Source: Diplonema japonicum | Taxonomy: Eukaryota > Protista > Euglenozoa: Diplonemea | Assembly: GCA_964019335.1 (NCBI GenBank) | Contig: OZ025664.1 | Location: 1 to 64,000, forward strand | Reading direction: 5' to 3' | DNA length: 64,000 bases | In this document: one piece after another, positions 34,006 through 45,905 of the stretch | How the letters are laid out: each line of letters starts with the position of its first letter | How positions within the stretch are numbered: position 1 is the stretch's first letter | Made by a program: the position numbers and the translations under genes | Notes under the pieces: generated by a model | Told to the model about the DNA's origin: nothing | Seen by the model: the letters and a program-made list of their open reading frames with translations, nothing else | Database searches by the model: none

Positions 34006-35016
34006 TCACCCCCACACTTCCTTCAGCAAACCTTCGTAGCCCCTTACAATAAGCATTTTTTTCACATCGCTGTAATAAGCACCCAAACCAGGAGCCTTTG
34101 CTGAATTTAGTGCAGCCGGCTTCTGCAAGGGCCTATCAAGTGCACCGTCCCACTTAATCCACGTGTTGCCAACGAGTTTCACGGGTGCAGTGCTCTCAAC
34201 ACGATCAATCTGTTCGGGCTCCGTCGGACCTTTCGGAAAGTTCTTGATCAACGGCAAATACGGTGCAGTGCAGTGCTTCAAGACGACAGAACGCAGCAAT
34301 GCTGCGTGTTTAGCATTTGTCAGGAAAATGTGGGGTGCTTTCGGTACGTCGTAGTACGTGTACGAGTCAGAGGAGAGCTTTGCCCACTGCTTCATGTGAG
34401 CTTCCGTCACCCACTTGTCCTCGCTCCCGCAGATACCCACGATTGGGCAGCTCAGAACAGAGATCTTGGGGTCCAAATCACCGAAGAAGTAACTGTTTTC
34501 GATGTCCATATCTGCCTTGATAGAGGGGAGCAGCACTTGCACCATGTCAGGGTTGGCCAGGATCTCTGACGGGAGCAAATCAAGCTTCTTGAGGTCAGCC
34601 AGAAACTCTTCGTCCGTCGTATTTGTCGGGATGAAAGCCTTCTGTGTCTGCGGTGCCTCGTCAGCAACCACGAACAGCACCTCGGGCCCCTTTTTCCCTT
34701 CCTTCCTCAACTCTTTCGCAACTTCATAAGCCACGAGCCCGCCCATACTGTATCCGAGAAATGCATAAGGAACTTCGATGTTCCTCATTGCCGCTGCCAC
34801 TTCCTGTACGAGCACTCGCACATCAGCCACGTCTTTCTCATCTCTTCTCCTCCCTCTTCCTGGGTAGTTCAGGACTACAACATCAGCTTTCAGTGAAGTG
34901 ATCGCAGGAACAGAAAACTCGACTGGGTTGCCACCTGCGTACGGGAAAATAAAAAGCTTGAACGGGGCCTCTTGGTGGGCGGAAGTGGTAATCGGGAAGA
35001 AACACTTGTCGTCCAT
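34006..35016 (-). CDS. Stand-alone type II thioesterase (GrsT/RifR/OLAH-like alpha/beta hydrolase)
   Basis: FPYAGG, YPGRGRR, nucleophile elbow GYSMG, catalytic His region APHIFL. Confidence 0.88.
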   Translation of the reverse strand: MDDKCFFPITTSAHQEAPFKLFIFPYAGGNPVEFSVPAITSLKADVVVLNYPGRGRRRDEKDVADVRVLVQEVAAAMRNIEVPYAFLGYSMGGLVAYEVAKELRKEGKKGPEVLFVVADEAPQTQKAFIPTNTTDEEFLADLKKLDLLPSEILANPDMVQVLLPSIKADMDIENSYFFGDLDPKISVLSCPIVGICGSEDKWVTEAHMKQWAKLSSDSYTYYDVPKAPHIFLTNAKHAALLRSVVLKHCTAPYLPLIKNFPKGPTEPEQIDRVESTAPVKLVGNTWIKWDGALDRPLQKPAALNSAKAPGLGAYYSDVKKMLIVRGYEGLLKEVWG

Positions 35017-35061
35017 TGTGTAAGCCTGCACATGAAATTAAATCAATAACTTTTAAACATG

Positions 35062-37597
35062 TTTCATTCACTCAACAGTGCGAGGGCTTTTCCGATGGCC
35101 CAGGAGCAGAATGTCGGAAGGGGAACTCTCTCGAGACCGCCGGAGGCTTCCTTGAGGAGGAGGACGGAGTCGGGGGGGGTGCGGAGGCCCCAGGACTTGA
35201 GGAGGGGCTCGATGAGCTTCACGTCTGGAACGTCGAGGGGGGCGCACTCCGACCCGAGGGTCTGGTAGATCTGGAAGTGCATTCGAAGAGACTCGAGGAG
35301 GTAGCGGAAGGCCTTTCGGGTCACCGGAGCCCCGAGGGGGGTGCCCAGGTGGGTCACAACAAGGCGGTGCGCCGATGCGATCGCTGTCGCCGCCGTCGGT
35401 GTCAGCACGCTGCATTCGAAGTCCAAGACGTCTAGAAGCCCCTGTATCACGTCGTGCGGGGACAGCTGCCCCTGCCCCGCGGTGTCCAACCGGTTGAACA
35501 GGTTCCGCCGCTCCATCCGCGCCACCACAGAGCACCCTGTCGGAACGAACCCCGCGTACCTCTCCCACTCCCGCGCGTCCTCCGCCGCCAAAAAGTCTCC
35601 GCCCAAGAGTGCGAGTTGCTCCTGTTCCTCCCGTCGCTGCTGTCTCCGGTCCTTCCGGTGTGTCGGAGAGACCCTCACCGCAGGGTTCATCTGCCTGAAG
35701 ACGGGTGGGGGGGTCACCGCCCTCCTCCTCCCCACGGATACGGGGCTCCTCGACACCGACGAGGCCCTCCCCACAGAGCTGCACCTCGATGCCGACCGCA
35801 CCGTCGTCGTTGTGACCACCGTTGTTCTTGTGCCCCTCCTCGGGGTTGTCGTCGAAGCCGTTGTCGTCGCCGCCGACCTGCTCGACCGCACAGAGTTTGA
35901 CCTCCCGAAGCTGTCGTTTCCTGTTCCTCCTCGTCTCCCGTTGCTGCTGGTGCTCCTGCTCCTCCTCCCCCTCGGAGAAGAGAGAACGTTCTCATCGAAA
36001 GCGGTCTCCAACCCTTGCCGTACCGCCCAGTTCGAGAGCTGCACGAGGTCGACGACTGAACCCGAACCCGATCCATTGGACACGTTCCCTGCTGCCTCCG
36101 CCAGAGCTTGGGCAGGGTTCACCACCCCGGACCTCCAGGCGATGAGAAGGGGGACCAGCCGCTGACAGCCCGCGTTGCCGATCTTCGTCGCCCCGTTCGC
36201 CCCGAACACCGAGAAGATTGCGAACTGTCTTCGAAGGGTCTCCAGAAAAACCCGGAACTTCCGGAGGTCCAACGACCCGCTCCCTGCAGGGCACACCACC
36301 TTGTACGCTCCCTCCACGCACCACAGGGGAGCGTGGTGCACCCCCCCCAAGAGCTCCAAGAATCTGTTCTCCGTTGCGAGGTCCGCCAGTTGCACCCGCT
36401 TCTCGTCAGACGTGTCCAGTTGTCGGAAGAGCTTCCGTCGCTTGATCTTGTGTGCAGGTGCATTCGACACAGGGAGGTCCTTTGCGATGTCTGACCACGA
36501 GCGAACCTTTGGGATCAGTGTTTCTTCTCCTCCTTGTTCTTGTTGTTGTTCTTGTTGTTCTTGTTGTTGTTGGTGGTACTGTTGTCTCTGGGGAGATGGA
36601 GAAAAGGAAGAAGAAGAAGGAGAAGGGGAAGGGGAACGAGAAGGAGAACGAGAAGAAAAGGTCCTTCCAAGGTAACCGCCCGTCTTCGCAAGCATCTCCT
36701 CCTCTCTCTCCTTCTGCTCTTCTTCCTCTAGCTTCCTCACCTCTTCCTCGTCTGGAGGTGTGTCCAGGGTAACCGATCCCTTCACGTTTCTCCGCATGAA
36801 CCCCACCTCTATGAACCGGTTCCCTGCTGCTGCTCCGTACAAAGCCTCTGGAAGGTCCACCACTAGAATCTGCTGCGTGTTCACGTTCTTCACCCACACG
36901 AGCTTGTCCCCTAAAGCAAGCCCCGACACCTCTGCTGGCTTCCCTGGTTCGACGCGGGTCACTGTCATGTCTGCTGAAATCCCCAATCCGAGAGATGCGG
37001 GGGTCACTGCGGGTTCCCTTTTCTTCTTCTTCTTCTTCTTCCTCTTCCTCTTCTCGTCTTCTTCTTTTCCTCCACCACTGCAGTCGTCCTCATCGTCCCC
37101 AGGAGATCCCCGCAGTACCACAGGAGACGGGGTGAAGAACTCCTCCGCCTCGTCCAACCGCAGCCCCTTGTGGTCCGTCGTCCAACGCTCCTCCTCTGCG
37201 TTCCACACAACCCACGACCCCATCTCGTGCGGGAGCTTCTTGTTCTCGTGGCACTGCGCGCTCATCGCGACCCGCCGCCCCGTGAACGGGCTGTCCACTC
37301 CGACGGCGATCGCCCAGTGGCCCTCCTCGCCCCCTCTCAAAAGGTTGTACACCCGCCGCGTCCCCATCGCCCACACAGGCTTCCCGTTCACACGACGCCT
37401 CCCCGCGTACAGCACCTCGTACGTCCCCTCGATCTGAGGCTTCTCCTCGCACGTCACTGTTATCCGAGGCCACTCCTCTCCCCCGCTTGCTTGCTCCGTC
37501 GGCGTCTGTGTGTGGGGTGGTGTGTGTGGTGTGTTTCCTTTTGTTGATCCTTCATACCGTTGGCATTTCCCCCACACTCCCGCTGTCCTCACGCTCC
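35062..37597. repeat. 2.5-kb direct repeat, copy 1 (partner 60745-63280)
   Basis: Constant offset of 25683; identical translations in the ORF track except one synonymous substitution (35106 g vs 60789 a). Confidence 0.97.
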
Positions 37598-37602
37598 CCC
37601 AT
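35064..37602 (-). CDS. Multidomain protein: PDZ-like domain plus two degenerate flagellar calcium-binding protein (calflagin/FCaBP)-like domains, copy 1 (intron 37506-37557)
   Basis: LGLGISADMTVTRVEPGKPAEVSGL (PDZ-like); RRKLFRQLDTS..FRVFLETL..LVPLLIAW and RRNLFNRLDTAG..FRYLLESL..PLLKSWG resemble FCaBP. ATG at 37602 is joined via a 52-nt GTATG intron. Confidence 0.75.
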
Positions 37603-39343
37603 TTTCCCTCCTGTTTGCTTTCAGGTTGAAGTGCATGCAACAGAAGTAATAAGCAAATGAATGAAAGAAACGTGAAGGGGAAAAGGAACATATACCAACA
37701 CGAAGAGGGGTGGGAGGGGCGAGAGCCGAGCACGGCAAGGGACACTAAATACAGAACAAGGGTTACTTCTACACAAAGGCCGAGTAAGCCCTCGTAGTGG
37801 TACCGTGTAATGCCCATGTGCACAGCCCTCGGTTGTGCCTGATGCAGCCTGATGCGGTGTGAGGTGTGGGGTCTAGGGGTGCGGGGAAGAAAATGCTAAA
37901 GTAACTTGAATTTCTTTCCTTTTCTTTCTTGTTCTTGCCCTCTCCTTTTTTATTCATCTTGTCCACCCCGTTCTTTTTTTTTTTTCTTTCTTTTCTTTCT
38001 CTTTGTTTTTCTAAACAGTGACCTTGCCATGAAAGAAGAAACTAATTAAGGACGAAAGAAAGAAAGTGGGAAGTTATCTAATGTGGTAACACAAGGGCAC
38101 TTTTGCTCTTATCTTTCTTTCTTTTTCTTGGCTCTAGAAACATTTTTTTTTCTCCATTTGTATTTCGTTCTTTTTATTTCTTCTTGAGTTTGCCCCATGT
38201 CAATCAATCTTTCGAAATCTACTTCACCGCGACACCCTGCTGACCGACTGCACCATTCGAATGGTGTGCTCAAAAAAAAGAAAAAAGAGGGGGGAAGACA
38301 AAATAACTTTAACAACCACATATTATCCAGATCTCTTGGTGGGTCAAAATGACCCGGAAGACCTTTCTAATAGCAACTGACGACACGAGCACTGTAGCAG
38401 GTTCAGGCATTCATTCACATCTGGAAAAGAGGAAACCAGAAAACAAAAAAAAAAACCATAAATATTTTTAATTGGGGGGGGTAGAAGAGGGGGAAAAAGA
38501 AATGAAAAAGGAAAATTACCAGCTAAATTAAAGCATTAAAAAGGTGGGGAAATAAATTGCAGAAAAGGGTAAGGAAAAAAAAGAAGAAGAAAAAAAAGGG
38601 GGGGGGGAACCAAACCAGATACAGATAGAGCAAAGATGAAAAAAAAAAAACACAAAAAAGGGGGCAACCGATGAGGTGCCTACAAAGGGAAAAAAAAAAC
38701 AAAAAAGAAAGTGGGGTTGCTACACAGGAAAGGGGGCTGACGTCAATCTTGATCTTTTTTTTTCTCTTCTTCCCTTCCCTTTCCTTTATTCTTCTTAACA
38801 GGTACCCTTCAAGGTGTGGAGCACAAGGTTAAAAAAAAAATAATAATAACATAAATAAGAAAGAAAGGAGAGATGAGGATATCTTTCCTTTCTTCTTCTT
38901 CTTCTTCTTCTTCTTTTTTTTTATTTAACTCCGGCAAAATTTTCGTGTGTGGGAATGAAAATCAGAATTCACTTATTTTCACGCGTGCTTCTAAAGAAGG
39001 AAGGAAGAAGGACCTGTCCGAAAGAAGAGGATTCTATTCTCTATTTCAACGACATGAACAAGCAAGGCCTGTGGCAGTTCAGTCCGGGCGGCTTATTCAA
39101 AGCTAAACTCGGTTGTGAAGAGGAATTACAACAAGCAGTTGCAAGACCACCCGACTTAAGGTCCCACAAGAAGGTGAGTCAACATAAAGGCGAACATCTT
39201 TACCCAAGAGCAAATGATGGAATTCTTTAGCACCGAGGTATGGCAGCGGTGATGTTCGCAGGAAACATGCGCACTGCCGAGGCACATGTCTCATCCTTAC
39301 GTGTAATTTGTACCACCGACCTCACACTCAAATTTTGCTGTCG

Positions 39344-39533
39344 TTAAATAAAATATCGTATTTGTGAATATAAGATTGATGATTTCACTTGTGGTGGCAG
39401 TTTTGACTCGTTAAACGTTATAACACTCGCTTTTGCTAGTGATACAACCGTCATTACCTCACTCGTCAAAACCACTGCCACCATGCGTGAAATCATAGGA
39501 TCTTATATTCACTAAATAAATAGTTATTTTTAA
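39344..39533. repeat. ~190-bp imperfect palindrome (fold-back hairpin)
   Basis: gtgaatataagat/atcttatattcac; tgatttcac..ggtggcag.ttttgac/gtcaaaa..ctgccacca..gtgaaatca; centred on gc-tttt-gc at ~39431-39434. Confidence 0.8.
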
Positions 39534-39698
39534 TTCTTCTTCTTTTCTTTTTTTTCTTTTTTTTTAAATTCTCCATATGACACCGTCCAGCAAAGAAGAA
39601 GAAAAAATACTATGACAGAAAACGAAGTGGGTTAGCAGCCCATTGCCGTGCTAAAAAAAAAAGGGGGAAAAAAAAAGCACCACAATCTAAACCAACAA

Positions 39699-39734
<36 letters not shown>

Positions 39735-40358
39735 GGACAGGGCTTAGATGTAAAGGCACGCCCCTTTCAGTGTAGTGTACAAAAGTCGACTTTTCGGGGG
39801 AAACGATATAATACCTATAACGGGTTGCAGCAGGGCACGCAATAATATCAAAAAAAAAAAAAAAAAGTTCCCTGGGTATATATGCCTTGTGAGACTGTGA
39901 TTTTGATACTATTTTTTTTCTCTTTTTTTTCTTTTTTCGAAGTCGCTGTAAAACCGATAAAGCTCGTACACCATTAATACTATTTATAGTTACATTACTT
40001 GCGCAGGACATGATCACCTTTTTCATCACTACTGGTGTAAGGGAATATCCTATGAGGAGATCCCTTTGCGCTCCGTCATCAGTAACTGATTCTGTTGTTT
40101 GAAATGCTGACCCTTCCCTTTGGACCTAACGATTTTCCCGTTCGAACCTTTCGACTTTTATCGGGTTTACAGGTTTTTTTTTTCTCCTCCTCAAGGAAGT
40201 GGAGTTATTTTATTGACGATATTTCAAAGAGTTTAAGCCCCCCCCCCCCCCCCCGTTGGACGGTGTGCGGTGACATATTTCCTCTCATCCAAGTCTCCTG
40301 ACCTCTTTCTCTTTCCAGAATATAAAGAGGCTGACAGCCAGCTGCGTGCTGTTGCTGT

Positions 40359-42727
40359 CTATATGCACCGTTCCAATTCGTCTTCAGGGCAGGTGAGGAA
40401 GGAGTGTTTGAGGAGCTCTGAGGCTGAGGGCCGTGTGTCTACGTCCCTCTTGAAGCACTCGAGCATGAAGGCGAGGAGCGAAGGGTGACAGTCCGCAGGG
40501 ATCCCATCAGGGGGCTTGTCTGAGGACCCTATCTGGAACATCATGCCCCATGGTGTCTCTGATTTCGCGTCCTTCCAAGGAACGCTGTTCAGCATTTCGA
40601 TCTGAGTGATGCCCAGCGACCATATGTCCGCTTTGCTGTTGTAACCATGCGCCCCGTTCAGGTTGATGACCTCAGGAGCCATCCAGAGGGGTGTCCCGAT
40701 CAGCGTGTTGCACTTGTCGGCTGTCATGAAGTTGTTGAACTGCCTCGACGACCCAAAGTCACACAGCTTGATGATATTCCCTTCGCCGATGAGCAAGTTG
40801 TCTCCCTTGATATCCCTATGGATCACACCGTGGGCGTGGAGGTAGTCCAGCCCATGCAGGATTTGCTTTGTAAAATTCCTGATCACGTGTATCTGTAAAT
40901 GTTCGTTGTGTATCTCCTTTTGCATCATACCGACAATGCATCGCCTATCCTCTTCACCAAGCTTGCCACACTGCCGTTGGGTGCCATTTCCATGAAGATT
41001 TGAAGCTGGCCTTCGGGTTTTATATGTATCCCGTAGTACTGTGGTTTTTTTTTTAATTTTTTTTTTGTCGGTTGTCCGCCCCCCTTATTATTTCTTACCT
41101 GCAAGATATTTTTGTGGCTCAGGTTCTTGATGAGTTCGAACTCCTGCCGCACGTTCTCCGCCTCCTTCACGTCATCCACGTTGAAATCTACCAGCTTCAC
41201 AGCCAGAAGGGTGCCGTCCCTGTGCAGTGTGGAGTCCAGTGTGGTTGGCATACCTGAGCAGTCCTTCTGTCACTGATCCGAATGCACCTTTACCAAGAGA
41301 GCGCCCTCGCTGCCACTGGGAAAGATCACTGTTTGTTGTGTATAAATGCTGCACTTGTCATACCTTGCACTAGGATAGGATAGAGAATTCACACCAAAGT
41401 CGCCCCTAGGGGTTCTCGGTGTGGTGATGGTGAGGGGTTGGGTAGGGGGGAAGGTAGTCAAACTTGGTTCTTGCACAGCCGCTTTTTTCTTGATTTTTTT
41501 CTTACCCATCTTTTTCTTAGGACTGGTAACTGGGGAACCACTACTGGCACCAGAGATGCCTTTGGGTGTCTGAGGGTCGCTCGTTGCACTTGTCTTTCTT
41601 GCAACGTTCTTGGCTTTTGCTTTGCCCGCTCTCGGGGACTTCTTGCCACTCGCAATTTTTCGGAGATCGCCGCCTGCTGCAATCACTTGCTCCCTTAAAC
41701 TGGTGTAAGACTCCCCCACAGCATTCCCGTAGTTGGCATCTGCGCCGAACTCCAGCAGCTTCTCTGCTATCTCCGTGTACCCCCCGAACCCTGCAAGGAC
41801 CAGCGCTGATGACTTGGTAGAGTTGTCTTCAGGGTCGTCAATGCTGACCCCGAGTTTTTTCATCTTAGGAGCCAAGTACATAACGCACTGCAGCCTTCCC
41901 TTCTTTGATGCTAGGTGCAAGGGCGTTTCACCCGCTCTTGTCATCATTTGAAGAGAGTCGCGTGAGCCGCCTGTGGCGTCGATGAGGAGCTTCAGGATGT
42001 CGAGAAAACCTTTCTCAGCAGCAGAGTGGATGGGTGTATACATCTGGTCCGCACCACCACCACCCATAGGCTCTGCCATGGGGTGGCAGCTTATCAATTC
42101 CTTCACCACGGCAAGGTTCTTTTGCCTCACCGCCGCATGCAAGGGGCGCATCTTCCACTGGTCTTGAGCATTCACGTTTGCGCCGTACTTGATCAGAGCC
42201 TGTGCGATGATGGGGGAGCTGTCTTCGTTTCTCAGTGCCACCTTGTGCAGGGCTGTGTAGCCGTACTCGTCGATGCCGTTGGGTGAGACCTTCTTCTTGC
42301 TGAGCAGGTTGATGACAGTTTCCTTGTCCCCCTGGTCCACCGCGTTCATCAGGGCGGGGTTCGCTTTGTTTGTTGGCTTGTGTTGAAAGCTGCCGTTTTG
42401 TCCCACCACACCGATGCCCATGTCGTTCTCTGAGTCGCTGTCAGTGTCGGGCGCCTCCTCTTCATCATCGTCCGCTTTGAGATGTCCGGACTCGTTCAGC
42501 TCATCAGGCTTCGTTTCGGGTGCAGGGTGCGGGTTGGTGCCGTTCCCGGCAGTTGTGCTAGCTCCTTGAGCGCCTGTGCTGAGAGTGCCACTCACTGTTT
42601 TCTTCACCACTGCAGCGCTTGTGCCTGCCTTCACTCCGCTTTGCGTCTTCTTCGCACTTGTTGTCGGCTGCCGTTTCGCAGGCGGCCCCCTTCTGCGTGG
42701 AGCGGGCTTTGACTCGCTGCAGCCCAT
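40359..42727 (-). CDS. Dually acylated ankyrin-repeat MAP3K (STE11-like) protein kinase (introns 41329-41363, 41220-41253, 41039-41098, 40893-40930)
   Basis: MGCSES start; ankyrin motifs TALH, PLH, TPLHLA; after splicing GKGAFG, LAVK, HRDIKGDN, DFG, GTPLWMAPE. Confidence 0.9.
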
Positions 42728-43454
42728 TGCAAAGCGAGCTACGGAAGTTCCACAGCCCACTGCCCCCTGTGATGAATTGATAGATACGCAGGAATACGAG
42801 GAAGGATAAAAGGAAGTAAAGGTGTGTAGTGATCGTGGAATGGGGTGGCTTATATTCCTTTCTCTTTTTTTTTATAAAGATTTCACCATTTGCCCAGCCT
42901 CATAGATGTATGGTCACATCTGGGAGAGAGAAGAAGAAAAAAAATTGGGAGCGCGCTCACTTTAGCCTTTTCTCCGCCCTTTTTCTTAATCAATCATATA
43001 GTGAAATCAATTCATCCTTGTTGGTTTCCTTTTTTTTTCTTTGTATGTAAAACGGGTGAAATGGACGGGCGGAAGAAAAATAAAAATCAAAGAGAAATAA
43101 CGTAAAAAAAAAAATGGTGGTCAAGTGGTTGGAAGGGAGGGGCAAAAAAGAGGGGGGGGGGGGGGGGAGTAGACACTTGATGAGTTATGTACTTTCTCAT
43201 TTCTTTTCTTCGCACTTTTTTTCTCTTTTTTTTGTTTCTTTTCTCGCTGTTTTCTTTCATCTGATAACGGCCCCTAGTCCCCCCTATCAGCTATATACCA
43301 CGTAAAGTGACCAGGCTTATACTATTTGGTTGCGAGAGGAAAAGGGGACGGGGAAAGGAAAAAAAAAAAAAGTGAGGGGGGGAAAAAAAATATGAAAGAG
43401 GGGGAAAAAAAAAAAATGAAAGGGGAAAACAAAAAGAAAAGTGATTTAAGATGC

Positions 43455-45058
43455 TTAGTCCTTGGACTTCTTCTTCTTCTTCTTCTTTTTCTCGGGCTCA
43501 TCTTCGACCTGTGTTATTATTATTATTATTATTATTATTATGAATTGCTTCTCTCTGTCTTCTCATACCTTTCTCTTCGAGCCAACTTCAGGAGCCGCCT
43601 TGCTCTCCTCCTTTTTAGCCTTCTTGAGCTCCTTCCCGAACACCTTAAGTGCGGCCTCCATGGCGACGGTGTTCTTCATGGGCTTGTGGGACCTCTCGTC
43701 GTAGTAGGTCAGCCTGTCATCCACCTGCTCCTTCAGCTTCTCACCGAACACGCGGGTGGGCACTTCTGCAAATGGGTTTTTTTTTTTTTTTTTTTTTTGT
43801 TTCCTTCCATTTTTCACATACCCCCGAAAGCATCGATCCTGCACGCAATGCTCGCCTTGTTCGCAAGGTACCTCGAGATCCTCCCCTTGTTCTTCCCCTT
43901 CGCCTTTCCGATGAACGACGTGTTAAAGATGATACCGTATTTGGGGGTGTTTCCTCGCGATTTAAGCGCCCTGTTGTGTTCGAAAATAAAGAACACACAT
44001 ACCTGAACAATGCCTTCTCGGCACCCAGGATCTGCACGGTCGATGCAGGGTACTTCGCAAGGTTGTTCAGCGACCCGGCGTGGGATATTAATCTGTAGTT
44101 ATGATGTCATTGGTGGTGCGCTTTGAATATACTTTGCTGCGATGGTGTCGCCCATAAGGCTCCCCAAGTTGGGGGACACGGCCTCGATTTTGTTGTGGAG
44201 GTACTCAGTGGCCTGGTTGCGGAGCTCGACAAGCTTGGACAGCCTGATGGAGAAGGTCTCGATGTTGATCATGTCCACAGAAGCGATGGCACCGCCCATG
44301 GAGATCTTGGACATGGCAAGCACCTGCTGTGCGACCTCTTCGTCGTTCACGATCTCTGTGATGCCACCAAGCATGTCATCGGTCACTTCCTCCTTGTTCT
44401 TCAGGAAGCCCGCAAGCCTGCAGAACTGCCCATTGTCGCTGACGATCTTCGCCAACTCGGGGAAGTGCCAGCCGTACCACTCCTTCAACCTCATCGAGAA
44501 GGTGTTGATGTCCTTGTCCAGCTTCTCGACGATGGCAATGCCCTGGATGATCATGTTGTCCGACCTGTTAACGTTGAATTTAACCTTCGACCTCGAGTAG
44601 TAGTGCGCAAGACTGAGCGCTGCCCTCTCAATGTCGCCCTCCTTGATCACGGGCACTAGCTTGGTGGCGTGCACCCTAATGCAACGGTGAAGCTCTGAGA
44701 TGTGCTCGTTGGCCACGCACTGGATGCCAAGGTTCTCCTGGATCGCAGAACCCATTTTGGTCTCCGCCACACCGAGCTCGTACTTCTTCTTCGAGTCGGG
44801 GAGGGTGTCGGCAAGGAAGCTTGCCAGGAACTGAGGCACCTGACCTTCAGAGAGCGCGTTGATGTTGTCCAGCGCCTGCTCGGAGTCCTTGAAGGGTGCG
44901 AACGACACAAACTTCACGACCTTTTTGAACCTCCCGACCTCCTGCCACGACTTCTGGATCTCCACATCCTTGGCACCAATCTCCTCACCCTCCTCCTTGA
45001 GGAACAGGGCGAACCCTGCAGGCGTCTCTTGCAGCAGGTACAGCTTCTTCCCGCCCAT
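43455..45058 (-). CDS. NOP56: Box C/D snoRNP protein NOP56 (introns 44093-44132, 43971-44002, 43766-43821, 43509-43568)
   Basis: [61 protein letters not shown]; Lys-rich tail. Confidence 0.95.
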
Positions 45059-45159
45059 TTTATATGTTTCTTTTCCGACCTGCAAATGCTGGTGATAGAG
45101 TTTCCGGTCAAGCCTGTTGCAGTTTAAAGCAATACGACGAACATCCAAATGAAACACAA

Positions 45160-45814
45160 CTATCTCGAATAGTACACATCTGCAGGCTTAGTCATGGCCT
45201 CGATGTCCTCTATGCTGTGGGGCTTCTTCAAGTCTTCTATCGTGGGCTGCGTGTAGGACTCGGGGTTTACAACCTGTTTTGTTTTGTTGTATTTGCGTTC
45301 TGCAAAATACCTCTTGCACACGCTGTCCCGGCCATGCTCGGAAGGTCGCGTCGTACTTGTCTTCAATGTGCTCTCCCATCATCTCCTCAATATGCGGTAC
45401 TCGCCTGTCCCAATATTTTCTCCTTTTTTCTGCTTCCCAGAAAAATCGTCTTATCGCCAAAGGTGTCGGTTCATACGGGTCCCTGTCCTTCACCTCGTGC
45501 CACTCGGGTTTGATGTGTTCTATCGCAAAATCGTTGATCCGCACACGCTCCTCGTAGATGTCTTGGCAGTTCTCCGCTAGTTTCTGTGCGTGCAGCAAGA
45601 ACTTCTTCGGAGTGTTAAGACCCAAATACACCATAAATCTGTTACCATAAGCTCCACTCGAAAACTTCCCGTTTCGTGAGTAGCGGTCACGGCTGTGTGA
45701 GTGATGGAATTAACAAATAGAATCATACCTGTGTTTGTGAGGCTGGTGGTGGTGGATAAGCCATGAACCCATTGTGGCACTCCTCTGAAGTGCTGGGGTA
45801 CTCCTTCTCAACAT
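45160..45814 (-). CDS. Hypothetical ~193-aa protein with predicted mitochondrial targeting peptide (introns 45693-45728, 45274-45310)
   Basis: MLRRSTPALQRS start typical of euglenozoan mitochondrial presequences; two short introns restore one frame. Confidence 0.75.
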
Positions 45815-45905
45815 TATTACTGCCCTCCCTCCCTGTATAGATTAGTTTTCAGGCATAGGACCTGGCAAATACGTAGCAAGGAGGCGTAAAAAGCAATACT
45901 TAATG

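Noticed and set aside
35017-35070. Splice fusion of the FCaBP-like gene to the thioesterase
   Set aside because: Non-consensus donor (GTGAA) and out-of-frame junction
37603-37823. N-terminal extension of the 919-aa ORF
   Set aside because: Absent from the duplicate copy; both copies have an ATG plus GTATG intron that explains the start
40020-40090. Hammerhead ribozyme or C/D snoRNA (CTGATGA/GTGATGA on the minus strand)
   Set aside because: No GAAA after the stem and no downstream D box
43509-44132. snoRNAs hosted in NOP56 introns
   Set aside because: Introns are 32-60 nt and lack C/D boxes
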